Positions 10,150 to 19,584 of a DNA stretch of 64,000 nt are shown here, in pieces. Position 1 is the first letter of the stretch, and every line of letters begins with the position of its first letter. The notes below the pieces were generated by a model. It saw only the letters and a list, made by a program, of their open reading frames with translations. It had not been told where the DNA came from and ran no database searches. This DNA is from Phycisphaeraceae bacterium (GTDB taxonomy: Bacteria > Planctomycetota > Phycisphaerae > Phycisphaerales > UBA1924), in assembly GCA_019636535.1 (NCBI GenBank), contig JAHBXK010000018.1:2120-66119 (forward strand), in the 5' to 3' direction. The translations under genes were made by a program, and so were the position numbers.

Positions 10150-11718
10150 GTGAATCCCACCGCCGAACTCATCCAGCCCGAGGTGCTCGAGCTCATTCGC
10201 GAGGGGGCGTACTCGGAACTGCGCGCAGCGCTCCGCGGCATTCCCGCGGCGGACGTGGCGGAGGTGATCGGCTCGCTCGAGCCGGAGCAGGCGGCGGTGT
10301 GCTTTCGTTTCCTTCCACGCGACGACGCGGGCGAGGTCTTCTCGTACCTGAACGCGGACTTCCAGGAAGAACTGATCGACAAACTCGGCGACTCGGCCCT
10401 GCGCGTCATCGAGGGGATGGACGCCGACGACCGCGTTCGGCTGCTCGACGAACTGCCGCCGGAGGTTGCGCAGCGGATCATTGCACGGCTGAGCCCCGAA
10501 GAGCGACGGACGACGCAAGCGATTCTGGGCTACCCGCCCGGCTCGGTCGGCCGCCTGATGACGCCGGACTATGTGCGTCTGAAGCCGGACTGGACGATCG
10601 CGCACGCGCTCGAACACATCCGCAAGCACGGTCGAGACGCCGAGACGCTGAACGTCGTGTACGTGACCGACGATGCGGGCGTCTTGATCGACGACCTTCG
10701 GATCCGAGTGATCTTGCTTGCCGATCCGCAGTCGACCGTCGAGAGCATCATGGAGCGCCGGTTCGTGGCGCTCCGCGCCCACGAACCGCAGGAAGAGGCA
10801 GTGCGGATGATGGCGCGCTACGACCGATCGGCGCTGCCCGTGATCGACTCGCGCGGCGTGCTCATCGGCATCGTGACCGCCGACGACGTGGCCGACGTGG
10901 CCGAGGAAGAAGCGACGGAGGACATCCAGAAGATCGGTGGCGTGCAGGCGCTGGAAGAGCCGTACATCGACATGCCGATCCTGGGCCTGGTGCGCAAGCG
11001 GGCGCCGTGGCTGGGGTTGCTCTACATGAGCGAACTGCTCACGACGACGGCGCTCGGCTACTTCGAGGACGAGATCGCGCGTGCGGCGATCCTCGCGACG
11101 TTCATTCCGGCGATCATATCTTCGGGCGGGAACAGCGGATCGCAGGCGTCGACGCTGGTGGTGCGTGCGATGGCGCTGCGCGAGATCGAACTGCGCGACT
11201 GGTTCCGGGTCTTTCGGCGGGAGTTGCTGTGCGGCGTGATCCTGGGCGTGATGATCGGCGCCATGGCGTTCATCCGCATCAACCTGTGGGGAGCGCTCGG
11301 GTTGTTCCGGCCCGATTCGCCCGAGCGGCACTACTTCACGATCCTGGCCGTGACGATCACCGCGACGCTGATCGGCGTCGTGACGTGGGGGAGCATCATC
11401 GGCGGGATGCTGCCATTCATTCTGCGCCGTCTCAAGTTCGACCCGGCGACGAGTTCCAATCCGTTCGTCGCGACGCTCGTGGACGTGACCGGCATTCTGA
11501 TCTATTTCACCTGCGCGATCATGATCCTGAGCAACACGATCCTCGCGACGCGCGCCGACGCTGCGTATCAGTTCCAGACGCCGGAACAACGGTACCTGAT
11601 CTTCGTGAACGACCAAGGCAAACCGATCCAGGTGGCTCCGGCCGATGCGCCGGACAGCCGCTTCGACATCGCCGACTTTGTGCCCGCGCCGGCGAGCGAC
11701 ACGCCGGCCGGCCCGTGA
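10150..11718 (+). CDS. mgtE: Magnesium transporter MgtE
   Basis: MgtE N-domain (LEPEQAAVCFRFLPRD), a CBS pair (LPVIDSRGVLIGIVTADDV), and a C-terminal 5-TM MgtE channel (IISSGGNSGSQAST ... FVATLVDVTGILIYF). Confidence 0.92.
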   Translation: MNPTAELIQPEVLELIREGAYSELRAALRGIPAADVAEVIGSLEPEQAAVCFRFLPRDDAGEVFSYLNADFQEELIDKLGDSALRVIEGMDADDRVRLLDELPPEVAQRIIARLSPEERRTTQAILGYPPGSVGRLMTPDYVRLKPDWTIAHALEHIRKHGRDAETLNVVYVTDDAGVLIDDLRIRVILLADPQSTVESIMERRFVALRAHEPQEEAVRMMARYDRSALPVIDSRGVLIGIVTADDVADVAEEEATEDIQKIGGVQALEEPYIDMPILGLVRKRAPWLGLLYMSELLTTTALGYFEDEIARAAILATFIPAIISSGGNSGSQASTLVVRAMALREIELRDWFRVFRRELLCGVILGVMIGAMAFIRINLWGALGLFRPDSPERHYFTILAVTITATLIGVVTWGSIIGGMLPFILRRLKFDPATSSNPFVATLVDVTGILIYFTCAIMILSNTILATRADAAYQFQTPEQRYLIFVNDQGKPIQVAPADAPDSRFDIADFVPAPASDTPAGP

Positions 11719-11777
11719 ACTGGATCCATGTCCGTGCGTGAGGTTCGTGTCCGCTCGATCCCGACTTCCTATCCGCC

Positions 11778-14690
11778 TTGGCTTGCTCGGGCCTGATCCG
11801 CGTGCTTCGACTTCTTCATCCAACACTCATCGATTCGGACCCGAGCCGAGCGCAGCCGGACGAAGGTGCGGATGTGGCGAACCGTGCATGGCGTCGGCCC
11901 GCGCGTCGATCAATCTGGGCCTTCGGTGCGCTCGTCGCGGGCTACCTGGTTGCGCGAGAGATGCACACGGTCGAGTCCTGGCCGTTCTTCGCGGCGTGCA
12001 CGCTGATCGCCCTTGCATCGGCGATCTGGACGGGGCCTCGGGCGAGGACCGTTCGGGCACGGCTGCTGCTCATCGGCGTGGTCTGCCTGGGCGCAGGGTG
12101 GTACACACTGCGCATCCACGAGCGGCCGCGGCATGCGCTCCGCCCGCACACAGCCGGGGAACCGCTTCCGGTACGCGTGCGGGGTGTCGTGATCGAGCCC
12201 GCACGGGCTGACCCCGCGCCGAGCGCAGCGCTGGGACGGTTCTTCCGAGTCGAACCGACGGTCGCGTTCACCATCGGGCTGACGGAGTCGTGGACTGGTG
12301 AGGACGCGCAGCCGGATCGCGCGGGCGGGCGCCTGCGGGTGCGTGTGCCGACGCGGCGAGCCGATGCGGATGCTGACTGGACACCACCGCGACCGGGCGA
12401 ACTCGTCGAGATCGATGGACTGTTTCAGCCCGTTCGGCCCGCGATGAACCCGGGAGAGCCCGACCGTCGAGCATGGGCCGCGCAGGACGGATTGATCGGG
12501 GTGCTGCGTGTGCCGAACGCCGACCTGATACGCAGTTTGGAGCCACAGGAGATGCGCACGATCGATCGGGCGTTGGCGCCGATTCGACGGGGCGTGTCGG
12601 GGGTGCGCGCCTTTGCGCGCGCATCGCTGGACGGCGGGTTGCCGGATCCGTTGTCGTCTCAGGCCGTGGATTCCACGGAGATCGGGCGGGCAAGCGGAGC
12701 AGAGACGGGCATCGCGCTGGGCGGTGCACAACTCGCTGACTCGCGCATCCTGCAGGGCCGCGCGCTCCTGGGCGCGATGTTGCTCGGGGCGAGAGACGAG
12801 CATCTGCCCCAGATTACCGATGCGTTCACACGGCTTGGGCTGACGCACCTGGTCGCGATCTCGGGCTTCAACATGGTGCTGCTCTCGGGGCTGGTGCTCC
12901 TGGGCGTCCGTCTGACCGGCGATCATGGCGCGTGGGAGTCGGTCATCGCGTGCTCGGTCATCGCGATCTATCTGGTTGTCCTGCCCGTCGAAGCCCCCTC
13001 GTTGCGCGGCGGGCTGATGGTCATGGCCTTCATCGCGTCGGAGGCCGGCGGGCGGCGGTACGACCGGCTGACGGTACTCGGTTGGCTCGCGTTTGCACTC
13101 GCGCTGCTTCAACCACTGGACGCGTTCAGTCCGGGCTACCAGTTGACGTTCGGTGTTGTTGCTGCGCTGCTTGTGCTCGCCCCGCGCACGCACGGTCGGC
13201 TGTTCGGTATCGAAGTGCTCGGCATTCAGCGGCGCACGATGCCGGTCGGTCGATCGGTGGAGGCGAGGGCCGAGCGGCTCGGCATGCGGCTTCGCGGCGG
13301 GGCGTGGTCGTTGTGGTCGGGGTTCAAGCTCGCGGCCGCGTCGGCGCTCACCGCGTGGGCGATCGCGACGCCGGTTGTTGTGTATCACACGGGGCTGTTC
13401 ACGACACTTGCGCCGATCACGACGCTCATCATTGGACCGCTCTGTTCGCTGTACATCGGAACAGGCTATGTGGTGATGCTGCTCGGGGCACTCTGGCCCG
13501 GCGAGCCGGGGGGCGTGATCGCGGGCACGCTGGGCGTGGCGCTCGACGCGATGGGCATCGGGCTGGTGTGGATCGTGCACACGCTCGACGCGGTGCCGGG
13601 CGCCACGTTCCGATTGCCGCCGATCTCGGCCGCGCTCGCCGGGGCACTTGCCGCGCTCGCGGCGTGGTGGCTGTGGCGGGGTCGGCTGCGCGATCCGCTC
13701 ACGCTCGGGATGAGCGCTGCCTGCGCGATCTGGCTGGCGGCGGAGGTGATGCCTTCACGGTCGTTGCCTGAGCGCACGCCGCTGCGGATCGACATGCTCG
13801 CGGTCGGCGACGGGACGTGCGTGCTGCTGCGATCGGCGGACCGCGCAGCGCTCTGGGACTGCGGTTCGCTGCACCCCGGCGTGGGGACGAGAACAATTCC
13901 CGATGCGCTGCGAGCGCTGGGCGTCACGCGGCTCGACACGGTCTTCATCACACACGCGAATCTGGATCACTTCGCCGCGCTGGCCGACGTCGCGTCGGTC
14001 GTCCCCGTTGGGCGCATCATTACCACAGACGCCTTCATGCGGGCCGTGAGTGACGGAGCAGCGCCGGGCGCACCCGAGTGGCAGCATGCCGCCGCTGCGT
14101 TTCACACGCACATGAGCGCGAGTGGTCTGAATGTGCGCTTCGAGACGGTGGCCGCGGGACAGGAGATGCAGTTCGGGCATGCCCGCATGCACGTGCTCTG
14201 GCCCGATGAACGGGTGATCGAGGATCTCCGGTCGCCGGCGAGGGGGATCGACCCGAACGACTTCAGCCTCGTGGTTCGCCTCGACGTTGCGGTGACGCCG
14301 CAGGATCCCTTAGGAGGCTCGGCAACTCGCTCGCTGCTGCTGACGGGTGATGCGGCGCGACTTGCGCTTCCTGCATTGCTTGCAGAGCATCCACCGAGCG
14401 GGGCGCGACACGCCCTGCGGGCGGAAGTGATCGAACTGCCGCACCATGGCAGTTTCGTTGAGGCCGCCGTGGAACTGCTCCGACGGACGGAGGCCTCGGT
14501 CGTGCTGCAGTCCACCGGACCCCGACGGGCATCGGACCGGCGATGGCGCGATGCCGCCTCCGCCTACTTCAGCGGCGACCCACCGGAACGATCCGGGCGG
14601 ACGTGGTTGGCGACTGCGCATCGGGGTTGGATCGCGGTGGAGATTGGGCGTGATGGGGGCATCCGATTCAGCACGCGGACGAGCCGATGA
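11778..14690 (+). CDS. comEC: ComEC/Rec2-family DNA internalisation protein with C-terminal metallo-beta-lactamase domain
   Basis: Polytopic competence domain (FTRLGLTHLVAISGFN), followed by an MBL fold (IDMLAVGDGTCVLL, FITHANLDHFAAL, ELPHHGS). The start codon is uncertain. Confidence 0.85.
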   Translation: MACSGLIRVLRLLHPTLIDSDPSRAQPDEGADVANRAWRRPARRSIWAFGALVAGYLVAREMHTVESWPFFAACTLIALASAIWTGPRARTVRARLLLIGVVCLGAGWYTLRIHERPRHALRPHTAGEPLPVRVRGVVIEPARADPAPSAALGRFFRVEPTVAFTIGLTESWTGEDAQPDRAGGRLRVRVPTRRADADADWTPPRPGELVEIDGLFQPVRPAMNPGEPDRRAWAAQDGLIGVLRVPNADLIRSLEPQEMRTIDRALAPIRRGVSGVRAFARASLDGGLPDPLSSQAVDSTEIGRASGAETGIALGGAQLADSRILQGRALLGAMLLGARDEHLPQITDAFTRLGLTHLVAISGFNMVLLSGLVLLGVRLTGDHGAWESVIACSVIAIYLVVLPVEAPSLRGGLMVMAFIASEAGGRRYDRLTVLGWLAFALALLQPLDAFSPGYQLTFGVVAALLVLAPRTHGRLFGIEVLGIQRRTMPVGRSVEARAERLGMRLRGGAWSLWSGFKLAAASALTAWAIATPVVVYHTGLFTTLAPITTLIIGPLCSLYIGTGYVVMLLGALWPGEPGGVIAGTLGVALDAMGIGLVWIVHTLDAVPGATFRLPPISAALAGALAALAAWWLWRGRLRDPLTLGMSAACAIWLAAEVMPSRSLPERTPLRIDMLAVGDGTCVLLRSADRAALWDCGSLHPGVGTRTIPDALRALGVTRLDTVFITHANLDHFAALADVASVVPVGRIITTDAFMRAVSDGAAPGAPEWQHAAAAFHTHMSASGLNVRFETVAAGQEMQFGHARMHVLWPDERVIEDLRSPARGIDPNDFSLVVRLDVAVTPQDPLGGSATRSLLLTGDAARLALPALLAEHPPSGARHALRAEVIELPHHGSFVEAAVELLRRTEASVVLQSTGPRRASDRRWRDAASAYFSGDPPERSGRTWLATAHRGWIAVEIGRDGGIRFSTRTSR

Positions 14691-14716
14691 CACCGTTTGT
14701 GAGTGTGCGAACTCGC

Positions 14717-16840
14717 CTATCGAGCGCCGCGTGCCGCTCGCTGGAACTCCGCCGCGTCACGGTCGCGTGAACTCGAACGCACGCACCTGCCGAGCACCTC
14801 GATCTCGCCCGGAGAGAGGAAGTCGAGTCGCGGCCACATCGCATGCCAGGCCGTGTCGATCAGGGCCGGTGCGCCCCACTCCCGGTTCGATCCGGCCCGC
14901 TCGAGCGCAGCGTCCAGAACTCTCGCAAAGACCTCGGGCTCGGCATCGAAGTAGGCCGAGAGCAAGCCCTGCAGCGCCGCATCCGGGGTCAGCAGTCGCG
15001 CTGCGTGCGCACCCGCCGGTTCCTTCTGGGCAGCCCCTTCTTCTTCGGCGATCAACGCCGCGAGCAGTCGGGCCGCGTCCCGGTCCCGGCCGAGCATGCC
15101 CATCAGCCGGAGTGCCCTTTCGAACTTCCGCTCTCGTAGCGCCCCGGCGACTTCGGCGTGCAGATCGCTCAGACCCGGGAATGTCACGCCGCTGCCCGCG
15201 CCCTCGAGTCTGGGCACGTTGCCGCGCACAAGCATCAACGGATCGCCGAGGCAGAGCACCTTCCAAGGCTGGCTCTGCTCGTGACGCACGGCGGCACCCC
15301 ACGGCACACCCGCGGCCAGGCGTGCTGCGACGATCGGCGACGGCACAAAGCCTTGCAGAAATGGCTCGTGCACGGAGCCGCAATAGGCGTACGCGCCGCG
15401 CTGGCGCCATCGAGCGGCGAGGAACTCGTTGTTCGCGAGGTTCGCAGCGCTCCACGAATGAACGAAGTAGATCGCCGCCGGGTGGCGCAGGAACGGCAGG
15501 TCGCCGACGCGGCCCTGGCCGGGTCGAAGGTCGAAGAACTCCGGGTTGCCGGAGGTATTGACCATCACGAGCTCGGCGTCGATGCCGCGCCGCGGGGGCA
15601 GGCTCTCGCGATTTACCGCCTCCTCGCCGCGGTCCGTGCGTAGACGATCGGCCGCTTCACGATCGCGCCAAGGCCATCCGATGCCCGCAGCCCGCCGACG
15701 GAAATCGTCGAGCCCCTGTCGTCCGTTATCGTCGAGCACGTTTCGAACACCTTCTCGCTCCAGTGCCGTTGCGGCACGGGTCATGTCGAAGGCGTTCCAG
15801 GGCTCCTTGTCTTCGTACCCGTCGAAGAGCCAGGCCATGCGAGGGCGAAGGAAGAGCGAGCACATCGCTTCGTACGCGGCACTCGACTCACTCCCCTTCG
15901 TGCCTCCCCCGCCCACGATCTGCCCGCACCAGGCCCAACGCGCCCCTGTCGGGCGCTGCTGCTCGTCGAAGACCCGGCCGATGCAGTCGCTCAGTGCGAT
16001 GTGCACGCCCGGGTCGGCCGCCGAAGGCATGACCTTGGTCGGCCCGTCGTAGCAGAGCGTGATCGCGTCGATGTCGTTCCCAAGACCCTCGAACGCACGG
16101 CCGTCAGCGCGGAGGCGCTGCACGATCGCTTCGTTGAGTTCGCGGAGTTGGTCGGCGGTGAGTGAGCCGCCGATGTTTCCCGGCGCGCCCCAGCCGGGCG
16201 GATAGGTAAGCCAGACGACCGGCTGTCCGTGCCCGGCGGCGAGCGCCACCGCGGCCGGCCATGTTGGGTCTTCCGCGTCGGCCACCACGACGCCGAAGGG
16301 CTCGAACCCGAGTTGCTTCCAGAGTTCGCCCAGGTTCTCGGGCGCGATCGGCTCATCCTCATCGCGGATGGTCCAGGCGGAGGCGATGGCGCGGCGCATG
16401 CGTGCGGCACGGTCCTGACGGTCATCCGGGTCGGCAGCGCCGGCGTTTGCCGGTTCATCGGGCGTGCGCACACGCAGGATCGATGAGGGCTTGTACGCTC
16501 GAACGAATCGGGCGATTCGTTGGGCACTCGCGAGCGAACCATCGTCGATGAGCACCGGGAATCGCTTGGTCAATCGCCAGTGAGAGACTGCGTACAGAAA
16601 GGATTCACCGTCCTCGGCGATCAAGACCACGTTGGCGGCGGGAATGCGCTGCGACATCGCCCCGGCACGGGCGCCGAGCCGGAGCATGGGAGGAAGGCCG
16701 TCTACGCGGGGCGGGGTAGGGGCGGAGTCGGCGGTTGGTTGTGGCGCACCGAACGACGTGACGGACAACGCGAAAGCCGACACCCAACCGAGCGCGATCG
16801 CTCCGAGGCGGCTTCCCCGGCGGAACATGCGGTTCACCAT
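14717..16840 (-). CDS. Large secreted hypothetical protein (707 aa)
   Basis: N-terminal signal peptide (RLGAIALGWVSAFALSVTSFGA) and coding-like composition over the full length. No family recognised. See findings. Confidence 0.6.
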   Translation of the reverse strand: MVNRMFRRGSRLGAIALGWVSAFALSVTSFGAPQPTADSAPTPPRVDGLPPMLRLGARAGAMSQRIPAANVVLIAEDGESFLYAVSHWRLTKRFPVLIDDGSLASAQRIARFVRAYKPSSILRVRTPDEPANAGAADPDDRQDRAARMRRAIASAWTIRDEDEPIAPENLGELWKQLGFEPFGVVVADAEDPTWPAAVALAAGHGQPVVWLTYPPGWGAPGNIGGSLTADQLRELNEAIVQRLRADGRAFEGLGNDIDAITLCYDGPTKVMPSAADPGVHIALSDCIGRVFDEQQRPTGARWAWCGQIVGGGGTKGSESSAAYEAMCSLFLRPRMAWLFDGYEDKEPWNAFDMTRAATALEREGVRNVLDDNGRQGLDDFRRRAAGIGWPWRDREAADRLRTDRGEEAVNRESLPPRRGIDAELVMVNTSGNPEFFDLRPGQGRVGDLPFLRHPAAIYFVHSWSAANLANNEFLAARWRQRGAYAYCGSVHEPFLQGFVPSPIVAARLAAGVPWGAAVRHEQSQPWKVLCLGDPLMLVRGNVPRLEGAGSGVTFPGLSDLHAEVAGALRERKFERALRLMGMLGRDRDAARLLAALIAEEEGAAQKEPAGAHAARLLTPDAALQGLLSAYFDAEPEVFARVLDAALERAGSNREWGAPALIDTAWHAMWPRLDFLSPGEIEVLGRCVRSSSRDRDAAEFQRAARGAR

Positions 16841-16931
16841 GTGGCAGTTTAGAGCGGGAGTCGGTAGGACTTCGACTCAAGTTCGCGATCGATCGGAGCA
16901 GCGCCCCGCATGGATAGATGGTCATGGAATG

Positions 16932-16961
16932 AAAAAACGCCGACCCCTTGGGATCGGCGTT
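16932..16961 (-). terminator. Rho-independent terminator downstream of the PEP-CTERM gene at 17013-17813
   Basis: On the minus strand, stem aacgccga/tcggcgtt (16954-16961 with 16936-16943) is followed by a U-run (aaaaaa at 16932-16937 on the + strand). Confidence 0.6.
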
Positions 16962-17012
16962 GGGAACTGACTTGCTGCACGCGTTCAGATCACGCGCACC
17001 GGCGTGATCGAC

Positions 17013-17813
17013 TCAGCGACGACGACGGGCGATGAGCAGGCCGCCCATGCCAAGCAGGAACGCGGCGCCGGGGGAAGGAACGAACGTTGCGCGGAACGAA
17101 AAGTTATCGATCGCGAGCGCGGCATCGTTGCCGGTGTTGTCGACGTCCTGCCAACGGAGATAGATGGTCTCGCCAACGGGCACATCGATGCCGCTGATGG
17201 TGAAGGAAATCATCGAGATGAACGGCGTGTTGGCGATGACGTCGGCTGCACTCGTCGATGCGATCGGATCCATAGAGACCAGATCACCTTGGCTGTCGAG
17301 CGTCATCAGCGCGCTTGTCAGAAAGTCTGACGCCAAGACGCCATCGGTCGAGAGCCCCCAAGCGAAAACGGTGGTGTTGACCACGGCGGTTGATCCGTTT
17401 GCCCTGCGCCACTCTTCAACATCGAATGACACGGTGAAACTGTCGATGGCTTCGGAGCCGTCGTTTGTGAAGGCCGCTCCCCAAGCGGGACGATTCGTGC
17501 CGGAAGCCAGCCCACCCAGCGCCCGATCGGAATCGCCGGTCGCTCCAAGATTGCGAATGCCGCCGGTCGCGCTCGCACCGTTGTCGGAGACATAAGGCAT
17601 CGCTGTTGTGGACGAACCTGACCAGCGCGTGCCTTCCCAACCGCTCACACCGGGAATCGCAACTTGCACTCCGGTGGTCGCCGAGAACGGCGTCGGGACA
17701 TTCTGCAGTCCGTCGAAGTTCTCGCTGTACACACCGCCGGAATACGAAATCGACGCACCCGCAGCCGCCGCGAGCGCCACAACACCGCCCGCAAAGGCAA
17801 TTGCTTTTTTCAT
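17013..17813 (-). CDS. PEP-CTERM sorting-domain protein
   Basis: MKKAIAFAGGVVALAAAAGA signal peptide and a C-terminal VPSPGAAFLLGMGGLLIARRRR (P-x-P, TM helix, Arg cluster). ATG at 17813 is preceded by gagggag. Confidence 0.8.
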   Translation of the reverse strand: MKKAIAFAGGVVALAAAAGASISYSGGVYSENFDGLQNVPTPFSATTGVQVAIPGVSGWEGTRWSGSSTTAMPYVSDNGASATGGIRNLGATGDSDRALGGLASGTNRPAWGAAFTNDGSEAIDSFTVSFDVEEWRRANGSTAVVNTTVFAWGLSTDGVLASDFLTSALMTLDSQGDLVSMDPIASTSAADVIANTPFISMISFTISGIDVPVGETIYLRWQDVDNTGNDAALAIDNFSFRATFVPSPGAAFLLGMGGLLIARRRR

Positions 17814-18166
17814 GGTCAAATCTCCCTCGGTCCGGACCCGACACGAAGTCGAGCGGACGGACACACTCCTCCCGGGTCTCTCGACCCGGCACGCGTGCAG
17901 CACCGTTGAGGCTGCCTCTCTCTCCTCGGCACGCGCCGAAGACGCTTTCATCTTACCACCGAAACGCGGGAGACAAACAAGATTCCGTGACGATGGGTCA
18001 AATGTCCGACAGCCGAATCAACGCCTATCAAAGCACAAACACCGTCTCCGGCGTAACTACTTGCCGAGAAATGGTTTACAACCGACTTCCCGCGATGCGA
18101 CGTGCGAATTCGGCGCGTGGAAAACCTTAGCGCACACTAAACGTCTGCGGGGTGGAGTTTGTCCGC

Positions 18167-18178
18167 ACACCCACTATT
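18167..18178. promoter_or_regulatory. Shared 12-mer ACACCCACTATT (copy 1) in the PEP-CTERM divergent intergenic region
   Basis: Identical 12-mer at 34254-34265 and a 9/11 relative at 33251-33262 (accacctatttt). All three lie upstream of PEP-CTERM genes. Confidence 0.3.
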
Positions 18179-18273
18179 TTGGGTTCGTCGTGCCCGGCTG
18201 AGCGCCGCCATGGTCTCGGTCGGCTGTCTGTTCATCCCCCTGTATGCCCCAAATCGGGGCAGGAGAGAGAGTC

Positions 18274-19455
18274 ATGCGTCAAAGACTGTGCTATGCCCTC
18301 ATCGCCGCCGCGGGCACTGCCGCCGCAGCCAACGCCGCGTTCCAAGGGAACCTTGTCGTCTCGTCGTACGGCGACGGCACGGCCGCCCTGAGCAACGCTT
18401 CGACCCAGATCAACCTGTTGGATTTCACGGCGGGCCTGACGAGCGCCTCGCTGAACGGCTCGCTGGCGCTGCCCAGCACCGGGAACGGCCCATTCCTGAC
18501 CGGATCGGGCACGGCCACGAGCGAAGGTACGCTGACCCGTTCGGCCGACGGCCGCTACCTGACGATCGCCGGGTACAACGCCTCGGCGGGCTTGGCCAGC
18601 ATCGCCGGCACAGCCGCGACGAACGTGAACCGCGCGGTCGCCCGCGTTGACCTCGACCAGAACGTCGAGATCGTTCGTCTGGCCGCTGATGCCTACACGG
18701 CCAACAACATCCGCTCGGTCGTCACGACCGACGGCACGAAGTACTGGGCCGGCGGCACAGCGAGCGGCACCAACGGCGGCGTGCGCTACTTTGAGCACGA
18801 CACCTCGGGCCCGGTTTCCTCAACGCTGATCTCGGCCTCTCCGACGAACACGCGCGTCGTCAACATCTTCGACGGGCAGTTGTACCTGTCCACGCAGTCG
18901 GGCGCCTTCCGCGGCGTCAACACGGTCGGGACCGGTCTGCCCGAAACCTCGGGCCAGACGACGACGCTGCTCAGCGGCTTCGACCCGTCCACGAGCGCCC
19001 CGCAGAACGCTTACGACTTCTGGTTCGCCTCTGACTCGATCCTGTATGTCGCGGATGAGCGGAGCAATCCCTCCAACCCGGGCGGCCTGCAGAAGTGGGT
19101 CCTCGATGCGGGCACTTGGTCGCTCCAGTGGTCGCTCTTCTCACTGAACAACGACGGCGATGACCAGACGCCGAACGTCAACGTCGGCCTTCGCGGCTTG
19201 ACGGGGACTGTCGACGATGACGGCGCGATCATCCTCTACGGCATCACTTCCAACAGCGGCCTGAATCACCTGGTGTCGTTCCGCGATCTGCCGGGCAGCA
19301 CCTCGCTGCCGATCGACGCCGAGTTCAACCTGCTCTACACCGCTGCTCCGAACACTGTGCTTCGCGGCGTGGATTTCACCCCGATCCCCACGCCGGGCTC
19401 GCTGGCGTTGCTGGGCATCGCGGGTGCACTCGCCGCACGTCGCCGTCGGGCCTGA
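18274..19455 (+). CDS. PEP-CTERM sorting-domain protein (393 aa)
   Basis: MRQRLCYALIAAAGTAAAANA signal peptide and a C-terminal TPIPTPGSLALLGIAGALAARRRRA. aggagagagag lies upstream of ATG 18274. Confidence 0.8.
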   Translation: MRQRLCYALIAAAGTAAAANAAFQGNLVVSSYGDGTAALSNASTQINLLDFTAGLTSASLNGSLALPSTGNGPFLTGSGTATSEGTLTRSADGRYLTIAGYNASAGLASIAGTAATNVNRAVARVDLDQNVEIVRLAADAYTANNIRSVVTTDGTKYWAGGTASGTNGGVRYFEHDTSGPVSSTLISASPTNTRVVNIFDGQLYLSTQSGAFRGVNTVGTGLPETSGQTTTLLSGFDPSTSAPQNAYDFWFASDSILYVADERSNPSNPGGLQKWVLDAGTWSLQWSLFSLNNDGDDQTPNVNVGLRGLTGTVDDDGAIILYGITSNSGLNHLVSFRDLPGSTSLPIDAEFNLLYTAAPNTVLRGVDFTPIPTPGSLALLGIAGALAARRRRA

Positions 19456-19498
19456 GCCGGTCGGCACCGCAAACGATTGAGCGCAAACAGCAACACAC

Positions 19499-19530
19499 CA
19501 CCCCGCCCGATTGGGCGGGGTGTTTTCATT
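19499..19530 (+). terminator. Rho-independent terminator after the 18274-19455 gene
   Basis: 10-bp stem caccccgccc / gggcggggtg with loop gatt, followed by ttttcattt. Confidence 0.7.
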
Positions 19531-19584
19531 TCTGAATGCAGCATCGACATGGCAAGCGTCGCGTCAGGTTGGACACGATCCGCG

